Assembly (NCBI GenBank): GCA_038060895.1
Contig: JBBTCT010000009.1
Location: 400,082-464,081 of the forward strand
Length of the DNA stretch: 64,000 nt
Direction: 5' to 3'
From: Planctomycetota bacterium
GTDB taxonomy: Bacteria > Planctomycetota > MHYJ01 > WSZJ01
The notes under the pieces are model-generated. The model was given only the letters and a program-made list of their open reading frames with translations. It was not told the origin of the DNA and ran no database searches. Both the position numbers and the translations under genes were made by a program. Of this stretch, positions 18,826 through 27,244 are shown in pieces; the stretch's first letter is position 1; each line of letters starts with the position of its first letter.

Positions 18826-19986
18826 ATGGACTGGGAAAAGTCAACGCGCCTGAAATCGCTCCCGCCGTACCTCTTCTCCGAGATCGACAAGAAGAAGAAA
18901 GCCCTCTTCGCCGCTGGCAAGGACGTCATCAATCTCGGCGTCGGCGACCCGGACCAGCCCACGCCGAAATTCATCCGCGATGCCATGCGCGACGCGATCG
19001 ACAACCCCACGTTCCACCGCTACCCGCTCGATGAAGGCCTGCTCGAGTACCGCGAAGCCATCGCGCGCTACTACAAGCGGCGCTGGAACGTCACGCTCGA
19101 CCCGGCAACCGAGATCTACCCCGTGATCGGCTCGAAAGAAGCAGTGTTCCACTTCCCGCTCAGCGTCATCAATGCCGGCGACGCGGTGCTGATCCCCGAG
19201 CCCGGCTACCCGCCGTATCGCAGCGGTACCGTCTTCGCCGACGGCACGCCCGTGCTCATGCCGCTTCGCAAGGAGAACAACTTCCTCCCCGACCTCGCGG
19301 GCCTCGACAAGAAGGTGCTCGCGAAGGCGAAGCTGCTCTGGATCAACTACCCGAACAACCCGACCGGCGCCGTCGCGTCGCGCCAGTGGATGCAGGACAC
19401 CGTCAACTTCGCGCACAAGCACGGCCTGATCCTCGCGAGCGACTCCGCGTACTGCGAGACCTACTACGAGGACCCCCCGACCTGCCTCTTCCAGCTCGAA
19501 GGCGGCAAGGAGTGCGGCATCGAGTTCCACTCGCTGTCGAAGACCTTCAACATGACCGGCTGGCGCATCGGCTGGGCCGCCGGCAACAAGGACCTCATCG
19601 CCGCCCTCGCCGCCATCAAGTCAAACGCCGACAGCGGCCAGTTCATGGCGCTTCAGAAGGCGTCGGCCGTCGCGCTTGACCAGGGCGACGAGGAGTCAAA
19701 GAAGATCCGCGAGATGTACAAGAAGCGCCGCGACACGTTCGTGGCCGCGATGCAGAAGGCCGGCCTCGCCGCCGAGAAGATGCCCGCGACCTTCTACCAG
19801 TGGACGCCGGTGCCTGGGAAACGGACGAGCGTGGAGTTCATCACGCTGCTGCTCGAAAAGGCGAACGTGGTGACGACGCCCGGGAACGGCTTCGGTCCGA
19901 GCGGGGAAGGGTACTTCAGGGTGGCGCTGACGCAGACGGAGGAGCGGATCAGGGAGGCTTGTGAGAGGATCGCGAAGGCGATCTGA
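18826..19986 (+). CDS. dapL: LL-diaminopimelate aminotransferase (class I/II PLP enzyme)
   Basis: RLKSLPPYLFSEIDKKK, LGVGDPD, NYPNNPTGA, SLSKTFNMTGWRIG. Confidence 0.85.
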   Translation: MDWEKSTRLKSLPPYLFSEIDKKKKALFAAGKDVINLGVGDPDQPTPKFIRDAMRDAIDNPTFHRYPLDEGLLEYREAIARYYKRRWNVTLDPATEIYPVIGSKEAVFHFPLSVINAGDAVLIPEPGYPPYRSGTVFADGTPVLMPLRKENNFLPDLAGLDKKVLAKAKLLWINYPNNPTGAVASRQWMQDTVNFAHKHGLILASDSAYCETYYEDPPTCLFQLEGGKECGIEFHSLSKTFNMTGWRIGWAAGNKDLIAALAAIKSNADSGQFMALQKASAVALDQGDEESKKIREMYKKRRDTFVAAMQKAGLAAEKMPATFYQWTPVPGKRTSVEFITLLLEKANVVTTPGNGFGPSGEGYFRVALTQTEERIREACERIAKAI

Positions 19987-20636
19987 TGCACGGCAAGAGT
20001 ATCTCGGCAAAGCGCATGCGCACAATTCGCAGCGATTACCTGGAATTGTTTCCTGGATGGAAGGCGATCGGCTCGTCAGGCATGGCTCGTCTCGAACGGC
20101 CGAGCTTGCGCCTCATCACTTTTGAAACTCTTTCTTTTGGCGCGTACCGGCCAACTTGCTGCATCCAAGTCCTGATTGCTCCTCAGGAGGTACTGGGCCA
20201 GGCGGAGCTTCTCCAGACTCTCAAGACGTCGAAGGGTGCACCCGGACTGAGTGTGCCGGATCGCCGGCATGAAGCGGAGTTGCCCTTGATCGCGGCCCGA
20301 ATCAAGGCGGAATTCGTGCCGAGCCCGCTCCAAGCAGCAGATGCCACGGCGATCACTCGCATCTATGAATCATCCGCAACTCCAACGGCGGCCGAAGCTC
20401 TCAGCCTCGCCGCACTCAATGCCTACATGGGCAATTCACTGAAGGCCAATTCTTGGCTTGCAAAGTTCGAGCGGGTGGCGGGGGAACGAGCCGCCGACGG
20501 GCTGCCGGAAGTCCCCGGCCGCATTCTGTTTTCGCGTGCTCTCCGCGAAGCGATCAAAGCAGGTTCATCGTCATCGTTTCTCGAGAGCGTCTGGCGTGAC
20601 AATCATTCTCGACTCAAGCTGCAGTGCTTGGAGTAG
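19986..20636 (+). CDS. Hypothetical protein
   Basis: ORF coupled to the dapL stop; codon usage looks less GC-biased than flanking genes; no family recognised. Confidence 0.5.
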   Translation: MHGKSISAKRMRTIRSDYLELFPGWKAIGSSGMARLERPSLRLITFETLSFGAYRPTCCIQVLIAPQEVLGQAELLQTLKTSKGAPGLSVPDRRHEAELPLIAARIKAEFVPSPLQAADATAITRIYESSATPTAAEALSLAALNAYMGNSLKANSWLAKFERVAGERAADGLPEVPGRILFSRALREAIKAGSSSSFLESVWRDNHSRLKLQCLE

Positions 20637-20769
20637 GCGTCGCTCATTCAATTGTGTGCCTGCGCACGATTTGCGGCGGGCATCTCGACAGCGACTCATC
20701 TCATTCGCACGACTCGACCTCCGCTCGACTGCGCGCAGCGAGCGAGAGATTTCGAGTAGACTACAGGGC

Positions 20770-21021
20770 ATGGTGACGATCGAACTGACGCTTCCCGACT
20801 CGGCCTTTTCGGCCCTTCGCCGGGCTCCGCACGAGTTTGCAGCGGAACTGCGGCTTGCCGGTGCGATTCACTGGTACCAGCAGGCCCAGATCAGCATGGA
20901 GCGAGCCGCCGAAATCGCCGGGCTGGATCGGGCGGCTTTTCTCGCGGAGCTCGCCCGCCGGAAGGTCGATGTGTTTCAGGTGGACATGGACGACCTGAAG
21001 CGCGAGCTGGGTCGTGGGTGA
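20770..21021 (+). CDS. UPF0175-family putative antitoxin
   Basis: ELRLAGAIHWYQQAQISMERAAEIAGLDRAAFLAELARRKVDV; ATG 20770. Confidence 0.85.
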   Translation: MVTIELTLPDSAFSALRRAPHEFAAELRLAGAIHWYQQAQISMERAAEIAGLDRAAFLAELARRKVDVFQVDMDDLKRELGRG

Positions 21022-21502
21022 GATCTGCGTCGTCAATGCGTCGCCGCTGATTTTTCTCGGAGCCGCGCGCAAGCTGCACCTGCTGAAGCTGGCGGGGGAG
21101 AGGTTTCTGGTTCCGGAGAAAGTGCTCGATGAGTTGATGGCTCACGGACCGAGCGACCCTGCCTGCGTAGCCGTTCGGGAGGCTGCATGGATCGAGAGAA
21201 CCCCGACCGGCGCACAGCATGCCAGCGTGGTGCCTTGGGATCTGGGGCCGGGCGAAACGGCAGTCCTGAGCCTCGCTCTCGCGACCCCCGGGAGCCGCGT
21301 CGTCCTCGACGACCTTCAGGCCCGCAAGTGCGCCGAATCGCTCGGGGTGGCGGCATTCGGAACGCTTGGGCTCGTCCTTCTCGCAAAGCGACGCGGAGAG
21401 ATTCCGTCCGCACGGGCGCTGCTTACCGAACTGCGCGAACACGGCATGTGGCTGTCGGACCGAGTTCTCGATCGCGCCTTGGAGGAGGTCGGCGAGGCGT
21501 AG
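21014..21502 (+). CDS. DUF3368 PIN-like putative toxin
   Basis: VVNASPLIFL, LGPGETAVL, LDDLQAR, GTLGLVLLAKRRG; overlaps the antitoxin gene. Confidence 0.88.
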   Translation: MGEICVVNASPLIFLGAARKLHLLKLAGERFLVPEKVLDELMAHGPSDPACVAVREAAWIERTPTGAQHASVVPWDLGPGETAVLSLALATPGSRVVLDDLQARKCAESLGVAAFGTLGLVLLAKRRGEIPSARALLTELREHGMWLSDRVLDRALEEVGEA

Positions 21503-21587
21503 CTACACGCCTTCGCCAGGGTGCTCGCGGAGTTCCACGAACTGGCGACAATCTGTCGGAAGCAGACGACTGCCGTTGCCGGCGCGA

Positions 21588-23009
21588 TCACAGCGCTCCT
21601 ACCCCCGCCAGCGCGCACTCCTCCCGCATCGCGCGGTCCTGGACCTCCAGCTCCGCGGTGTCGCCGAGTTCGCGGAGCACGGCCGTGCCTTCGCCCCAGC
21701 GCAGTCGGGCCTCCTCGGACCGGCCTTGCACGGCCAGCACACGGGCGTAATCGCAGAGGTGCGTGCCTTCGTAGGCGCGGTTGCCGACGTCTCGATGAAG
21801 CGCCAGCGCGCGCTGGAATGCTTCCTCGGCGGGACGGAAGCGGCGGATGCGGAAATGCAGCATGGCGAGGTTTCCCAGGGCGATTCCCTCGGACCGGAGA
21901 TTGCCGACGTCCCGGTGGATGGCGAGGGCCCGTTCGAAGGCTTGCTCGGCCTTCGGAATCATGCCGGTGTCCGTATAGAGGACCGCCAGGTTTCCCAAGG
22001 CGATTCCTTCGAAGCGCCGGCTGCCGGCCTCCTGGTGAATCATCAGCGCTCTTTCGAACGCGCGCGCGGCCGCCTCGTTCCTGCCCATGGCGGCGTAGGA
22101 GGCGCCCAGGTTGCCCAGCGCGATACCGGTTGAGCGCAGGTCTCCGACCTCCTCGTGAATAGCCATGGCCTGCTCGATCGTTCGCTCGGCCGACTCGTGC
22201 CGTCCCGTATCGTGATACAGGGTGGCCAGGTTCGTCAGTTCAACGCCTTCGGAGCGCCGGTTGCCGACCTGGCGGTGAAGCGACAGAGCCTGTTCGTGCA
22301 TCCGCAGCGCTTCTTCAAATCGCCCAGCATCCTTGCACATCATCGCCAACTGACCGAGCGCCATTCCCGTCAAACGCCGGTCGTCCCGTTCCTGGCTCAA
22401 GCGGAGAACCTCACGGAAGGTGGCTTCCGCGTCGCCCACGCGCCCGGTTTCCGCCCACAGGAGGGCCAGGGCGGCCAGGGTGAGCGCTTCCGCACGGACG
22501 TCGCGGGCGTCGCGGTGGGAAGCGAGCGCCCCCTGGAGCAGCGTCTCCGCTTCCCGCGTCCGTCCCGCTCGCTGGGAGGCCTGCCCCGCCCGACGAAGCG
22601 CAACGCCCTTTTCCGCTCCGGATTCGAGGCCGGAGAGTTGTTCCCAGCAGTGCCGGGCATGGTCCGGTTGGGACCTGCGTTCGAGGTGCTCGGCGGCGCG
22701 GCGCAGGTAATGCAGTCGTCCCGCAAGAAAGGAAGTCGTTTCCCGGCCGACCGTGTCGGGCCGAGCTGATTCCATGGCGAATCGCGCATGTTCAGCGAGG
22801 TCGAGCGCGAACGGGTCCGAAGCCTGCGGCCTGAAGATGAACTCACCGTTTTCGGTTCTCTCTGACACCTCGATTCGACCGCCGCACGAGGTCTCGATGG
22901 CCGTGAATGCCAGCCCGTGCAGCCGCGCGCGGTCGCCGGGGAGCTGAAGCTGATACGCCGCATCACGCAGAAGCGCGTGTCTGAACACGTAGACGAACTC
23001 GGCGTGCAC
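21588..23009 (-). CDS. TPR protein starting with the FRHALLRDAAY tail motif of cyclase/AAA (STAND-like) proteins
   Basis: 40-aa repeats ALAIHR.VGN.R.EGIALGNLA; SD AGGAG before GTG. Confidence 0.85.
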   Translation of the reverse strand: MHAEFVYVFRHALLRDAAYQLQLPGDRARLHGLAFTAIETSCGGRIEVSERTENGEFIFRPQASDPFALDLAEHARFAMESARPDTVGRETTSFLAGRLHYLRRAAEHLERRSQPDHARHCWEQLSGLESGAEKGVALRRAGQASQRAGRTREAETLLQGALASHRDARDVRAEALTLAALALLWAETGRVGDAEATFREVLRLSQERDDRRLTGMALGQLAMMCKDAGRFEEALRMHEQALSLHRQVGNRRSEGVELTNLATLYHDTGRHESAERTIEQAMAIHEEVGDLRSTGIALGNLGASYAAMGRNEAAARAFERALMIHQEAGSRRFEGIALGNLAVLYTDTGMIPKAEQAFERALAIHRDVGNLRSEGIALGNLAMLHFRIRRFRPAEEAFQRALALHRDVGNRAYEGTHLCDYARVLAVQGRSEEARLRWGEGTAVLRELGDTAELEVQDRAMREECALAGVGAL

Positions 23010-23050
23010 AGGGTCATCTCCTATCGTGAACCCGGGGGCGCGCGAATCCG

Positions 23051-23680
23051 CTAAGGCGAGGCAAGAAGACGCACCACGTCATCGAGCGAGTAGTGCTCGA
23101 ACATCCCGATTCCCAGAGCCGCACGCATGACACCGTGTCCATGGTCGATCCGCAATTTCACTTCCTTGACCGTGTGGCTCGGGTGCGCGGCCGTCGGGCC
23201 GGTGTTCTTCATCGCCGCGAGTGACATCGCCTCAGCCTCTTCCCAGAACGCGGCGACCGGGTACAGAAAGCGTCCGTCTCCCTGGGCTGACTCATACAGA
23301 TCCTCCTCAAGCACGACCCAGGCCGGTTTCGCCCCTGACGCCGCTTCGACGCGCCATCGGATCGGGCGGGGGACTTCCTTGAGCGGAAGCGAAGACCGGA
23401 AATTGTCGGACCAGTTCTTGAGTGGAGGAAGTCCGTCGCCTTCGGGGATGGCGGGAAGAGGAATGCCCCTGGAGCGGACGTCATCGGGACTCAGGCGTTC
23501 GCCGCGGAAGTTGCGATATGCCTGCTGGTGGAAGGCGTCCCAGGCGAGCGACCCGGCGGCGTGGAGGAGCCAACCCTGGGCCTCGCGGAACTGAAGGACG
23601 CCCTCAAAACCCTCCGCGCCGAGGAATGCGACGACGCCTCCGTCGAGTTCGCGGAAGTCGAAGGCCTCGGGATCGGGCAT
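23051..23680 (-). CDS. Hypothetical protein
   Basis: 209-aa ORF preceded by TAGGAT-N6-ATG. Confidence 0.6.
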   Translation of the reverse strand: MPDPEAFDFRELDGGVVAFLGAEGFEGVLQFREAQGWLLHAAGSLAWDAFHQQAYRNFRGERLSPDDVRSRGIPLPAIPEGDGLPPLKNWSDNFRSSLPLKEVPRPIRWRVEAASGAKPAWVVLEEDLYESAQGDGRFLYPVAAFWEEAEAMSLAAMKNTGPTAAHPSHTVKEVKLRIDHGHGVMRAALGIGMFEHYSLDDVVRLLASP

Positions 23681-23742
23681 GGCGGCATCCTAACGCTCTT
23701 GCCGCCGGAGACAAGCCTGCGCATCCTGGCTTTACCGGGCGT

Positions 23743-25059
23743 CTAGGGGATCTTGTACCGGAACCAGGTCCCGACGTGGGACGGCATGCGCGGCTGCCCT
23801 GACGGCCTGCTTGCGGAGCCAAACACCCAGGCTTTGCCGCTTTTCTCGTCACCGTGCGCGGCGAGGCCGAGCACTCCGACCTTGACGGAGGTTTTCAGTT
23901 CGAAGTTCCCCGCGTCATGGATCTTGAGGAACCCGTCTACCGTGAACAGCAGGTACTTTTCCGACAGGGCGATGCCGCTGAGGCTGGCGCTGACCCGGCC
24001 GCACTCCTGCAGGTCGGCGAGGTAGCTTTTCGCCAGACGCACCACGGCGCCCGTCGGGGTGATGGCGAATCTCGCGTCGCGGCTGACGAGAATCCCCGCT
24101 GCCGAAGCGGCGTAACTGGCGGGCTGTGACAACTGGAGATCGAGTCCGCCCGGCTTCGAAGCGTCGGCTTTCCAGGACATCCATCCCTGGTACTGGTAGA
24201 CCCGGTCGCTTCCAGGGACGAGCGTAAAAGGTCCGCCGGCCATGCGACCCGCCGGGACGATGGCAGCCTGTTTTTCGGAGTCCAGAATGATGACCGAGGA
24301 ATCGAGCGCGCCGAGCGCGATGGCATCGTCGATCGCGTGGACGTCGACCAGCTTGTGCTCGATCTGGAACGCCTTCCGGGCGGTCATCGCCGGAAGGTCG
24401 AACAGGCAGATCGTGCTCGGCGCCACCACCCACAGCGTGCGCTCGCCTGGAGCGATGCTGAGCGAAAGCGCTCCCTTCGGCGCTTCGACGCTCGCAGCGA
24501 CCTTCATGGTGGCCGTGTCCAGCGCGACCGCCTTCCCGGCGCCGTAGTCGAGAAAGTAAATGCGGGAAGCGTCGGCCGAAAGCACGGTACGCCCGATGAA
24601 GTTGCACGGCCCGTCCATCCTTGCTTCGGGCTTCAGCTCGGAATCTGCGGCGAGCCGGATCGCGTCGTCTGCATTCGGCGGCGGCTTCCCGGGCGGCACC
24701 GGAACCGGATTCGCCCCTCCACTCCCCATGAAAGTGATCGACTTGATCTTCTCAAGCGGTACGTCCAGCTCTCCGAGCGATGTCGTGATTTTGAAGGAGG
24801 TGATACTCAGCTTTCCGACGATCGTGTTGGTGTCGAACAGCTGGATCGTGGCCTGGTCGCCCTTCATGGCGAGTCGCGAGACTTTCGAAATCTCCAGCTC
24901 GACCTTTCCGACGTCGCTCTGCACCGTCAGCTTTTCGAGATCCACGGTGCCGGTGAGTTGGCTTCCTTCCGTCGTCTGGATGGAGGCCTTCGTTCCTCCC
25001 GCAGCAGCCGGCAGGGAGAGAATCGCGGCAAGGAGAATGATCAGGCCGCGGTTCTTCAT
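23743..25059 (-). CDS. Secreted protein: small duplicated beta domain plus YncE-like beta-propeller (type A)
   Basis: Signal peptide MKNRGLIILL; IYFLDYGAGKAVALD, SRDARFAI, GFLKIHD motifs shared with neighbours; start ATG 25059. Confidence 0.75.
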   Translation of the reverse strand: MKNRGLIILLAAILSLPAAAGGTKASIQTTEGSQLTGTVDLEKLTVQSDVGKVELEISKVSRLAMKGDQATIQLFDTNTIVGKLSITSFKITTSLGELDVPLEKIKSITFMGSGGANPVPVPPGKPPPNADDAIRLAADSELKPEARMDGPCNFIGRTVLSADASRIYFLDYGAGKAVALDTATMKVAASVEAPKGALSLSIAPGERTLWVVAPSTICLFDLPAMTARKAFQIEHKLVDVHAIDDAIALGALDSSVIILDSEKQAAIVPAGRMAGGPFTLVPGSDRVYQYQGWMSWKADASKPGGLDLQLSQPASYAASAAGILVSRDARFAITPTGAVVRLAKSYLADLQECGRVSASLSGIALSEKYLLFTVDGFLKIHDAGNFELKTSVKVGVLGLAAHGDEKSGKAWVFGSASRPSGQPRMPSHVGTWFRYKIP

Positions 25060-25067
25060 GGCGACCC

Positions 25068-25075
25068 AGTATAAT
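25068..25075. promoter_or_regulatory. Overlapping bidirectional -10 elements
   Basis: AGTATAAT reads TATAAT on + and TATACT on -, between divergent genes. Confidence 0.5.
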
Positions 25076-25114
25076 TCGCGACGACGCTGGTCCGCGGTTT
25101 TGTTGAGGAGACGG

Positions 25115-27244
25115 ATGAGAGCTGCTTTCGCACTCCTGATTCTCGGCTCTGCGATTCCCGCTTCTGCCCAGGAGCTGGGTGGCGGCAATCTCACGAAGCT
25201 GAAGGACGCCACTGCGTATGTGCGATGGGAAGCGAATGGCACGGTGCACATGGGCTCGGCGTACCTGTTCAGGAAGTCGGGCAGCACCGGTTATCTCCTG
25301 ACCTGCGCGCACGTGGTCGGGAATGCCGAAAAAGTGACGGTTGTCTTCCAGGCGGGACTTCCAGGGGAAAAGTCGCTGGAAGCGAAAGTCACCGGAAAGG
25401 ACTCCTCCCGCGACACCGCGTGTCTTCGCGTCAGTGACCCCAACCTGCCCGTGCCGCTGGAGCTTTCGGCAAAGACCGAGGTCCGCGAGACGGAGAACGT
25501 GTTCGTGGCGGGGTTTCCCTTCGGCGAACTGATTTCAACCTCTGACAAGAACCCGAATATTTCCGTGTCGAGGGCTTCCGTTTCGAGCATCCGCAAGGGC
25601 AATCGCAACGAGGTGGTTGTCGTGCAGCTCGACGGAAACATCAACCCGGGCAACAGCGGCGGGCCAGTGGTGGACTCGAAGGGGCGCGTGGTCGGGATGG
25701 CTGCCGCGAAGGTGGCCGGAACGAACACGGCGTTCGCGGTGCCGCCGGAAGAGCTTCGGAAATTTCTGACCGGACGCCTCGAGCATGTCCGGCTGAACCC
25801 CATCTCCTGCGACGGCACGCGGTTGAGGCTCGAGGTCGTCGCGCAAGTTGTCGACCCGGCCGGCACCTTCAAATCGGCCGGATGGTCCTGGATGCGTTCG
25901 GACGAGTTGAAAACGATGAAAGAAGAAGACGCTTCGGGAGTGGTGCCGAAGGCCAGCCCTCTCTTCAAGGACGTGCCGCTCAAGTTCGATGAAGCGACGG
26001 GGCTCGCCAGGGTGACGATTGAAGTGGTGCGTGCCGCGGGTGAAGGCGAGGCCATCATGGTCACGTGGCAGGGATGCTTCGTGCCACTTGATGGGCCGGC
26101 GCTCTGGATGGTCCCCGAGACGGAGTCGGTCCGGTTCAAAGTCATGGCGTTCGAGCCGCCCGTCAAGCCCGGGGACAAGCCCGGGGACAAGCCGCCCGTC
26201 AAACCGGGTGACGAGCCCCCCGCGCCCGGTACCGGGCTCAAACCCGCGGATGCGCTGATCGAGAAGGGGCGCCTGCAGCTTCTGGCCACGGTCGGGGACA
26301 TGGTGCTCTCGCGCGACGGGGCGTGGCTCTACGTGCTCGATCTCTCCGACGGAAAGGTCCTCAAGGTCGATGCCGAGACCATGGCGCTCGACTCGTCCGT
26401 CGCCATTCCCGACAGCCCAGTCTGCATGGCTCTCCAACCCAAGTCCGAGACACTGATGGTCGCTTCCCGAGTGGCTGCGTCCACCGGTGCGCATGACGAT
26501 TCCGGGAAGGGACGCCTGTTTTCAGTGAACGCGACGACGATGAAGATCACTTCCACGATGGACCTCGCAGGCGATCCCTTCGATGTCGACGTCTCCGCTT
26601 CAGGAATTGCGTACGTCTCGATAACGATGGCCCGGGACCTCCTGGTCGTAGACCCGGCCAGGAAGAGTTCGGATAAGGCGCAGATCTCGACTGAAATGTC
26701 ACGCGTTCACGTCCACCCTGACGGGACCCGCATCTACATCGGCACCGGATTCTCTTCCGGGGATTTTGTCTGCATGAGCACGACGCGTGAGCCCCAGGGG
26801 AAGTACCCGAACTACTCGTGCTACAGCTATCGCGCGGACAACCGTGACCAGAGCGGTGGCGAACATGTGCTTTCTCCTGATGGAAAGTTCCTCATCGGTT
26901 CCCGGGGCACAGCCCTGCGGCTTGCCAAGGGGGGGAAAGAAGCGGACATGAAGCCGCTCGCGAAGCTCGACCCCTGGATCAGTGCGGCGGCCGCGCCCGG
27001 CTGTGCGACCCTGGTGACGGCGACGCGGGAGGGGTTTCTGAAATTCATCACCCTCGGGTCGTTCGACCTGACGAAGTCCGTGCCCGCGGGCGGGATCTGT
27101 ACCCATCTCGCCATGGATCCGGCAAAGAACCGGCTGTACGCGCACCTCGCCCCTTTGCGGGACAACGCGCTCCAGAGGGAGGACACGAGGCCGGGGCTGA
27201 AGTGCCGGATTCCCGGCGACCTGGTGGTGTGGTCTCTGAAGTGA
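25115..27244 (+). CDS. Secreted trypsin-like (HtrA/Trypsin_2) serine protease plus middle beta domain and beta-propeller (type B, triad intact)
   Basis: LLTCAHVV (His), SRDTACL (Asp), INPGNSGGP (Ser); PVKPGDK linker; LYVLDLSDGKVLKVD; start ATG 25115. Confidence 0.88.
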   Translation: MRAAFALLILGSAIPASAQELGGGNLTKLKDATAYVRWEANGTVHMGSAYLFRKSGSTGYLLTCAHVVGNAEKVTVVFQAGLPGEKSLEAKVTGKDSSRDTACLRVSDPNLPVPLELSAKTEVRETENVFVAGFPFGELISTSDKNPNISVSRASVSSIRKGNRNEVVVVQLDGNINPGNSGGPVVDSKGRVVGMAAAKVAGTNTAFAVPPEELRKFLTGRLEHVRLNPISCDGTRLRLEVVAQVVDPAGTFKSAGWSWMRSDELKTMKEEDASGVVPKASPLFKDVPLKFDEATGLARVTIEVVRAAGEGEAIMVTWQGCFVPLDGPALWMVPETESVRFKVMAFEPPVKPGDKPGDKPPVKPGDEPPAPGTGLKPADALIEKGRLQLLATVGDMVLSRDGAWLYVLDLSDGKVLKVDAETMALDSSVAIPDSPVCMALQPKSETLMVASRVAASTGAHDDSGKGRLFSVNATTMKITSTMDLAGDPFDVDVSASGIAYVSITMARDLLVVDPARKSSDKAQISTEMSRVHVHPDGTRIYIGTGFSSGDFVCMSTTREPQGKYPNYSCYSYRADNRDQSGGEHVLSPDGKFLIGSRGTALRLAKGGKEADMKPLAKLDPWISAAAAPGCATLVTATREGFLKFITLGSFDLTKSVPAGGICTHLAMDPAKNRLYAHLAPLRDNALQREDTRPGLKCRIPGDLVVWSLK

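Noticed and set aside
24560-25287. Apparent long overlap between divergent ORFs 23743..25287 and 24560..27244
   Set aside because: Signal peptides place the real starts at 25059 and 25115, which removes the overlap
26155-26225. Tandem DNA repeat AAGCCCGGGGAC
   Set aside because: Encodes a Pro/Lys/Gly/Asp interdomain linker
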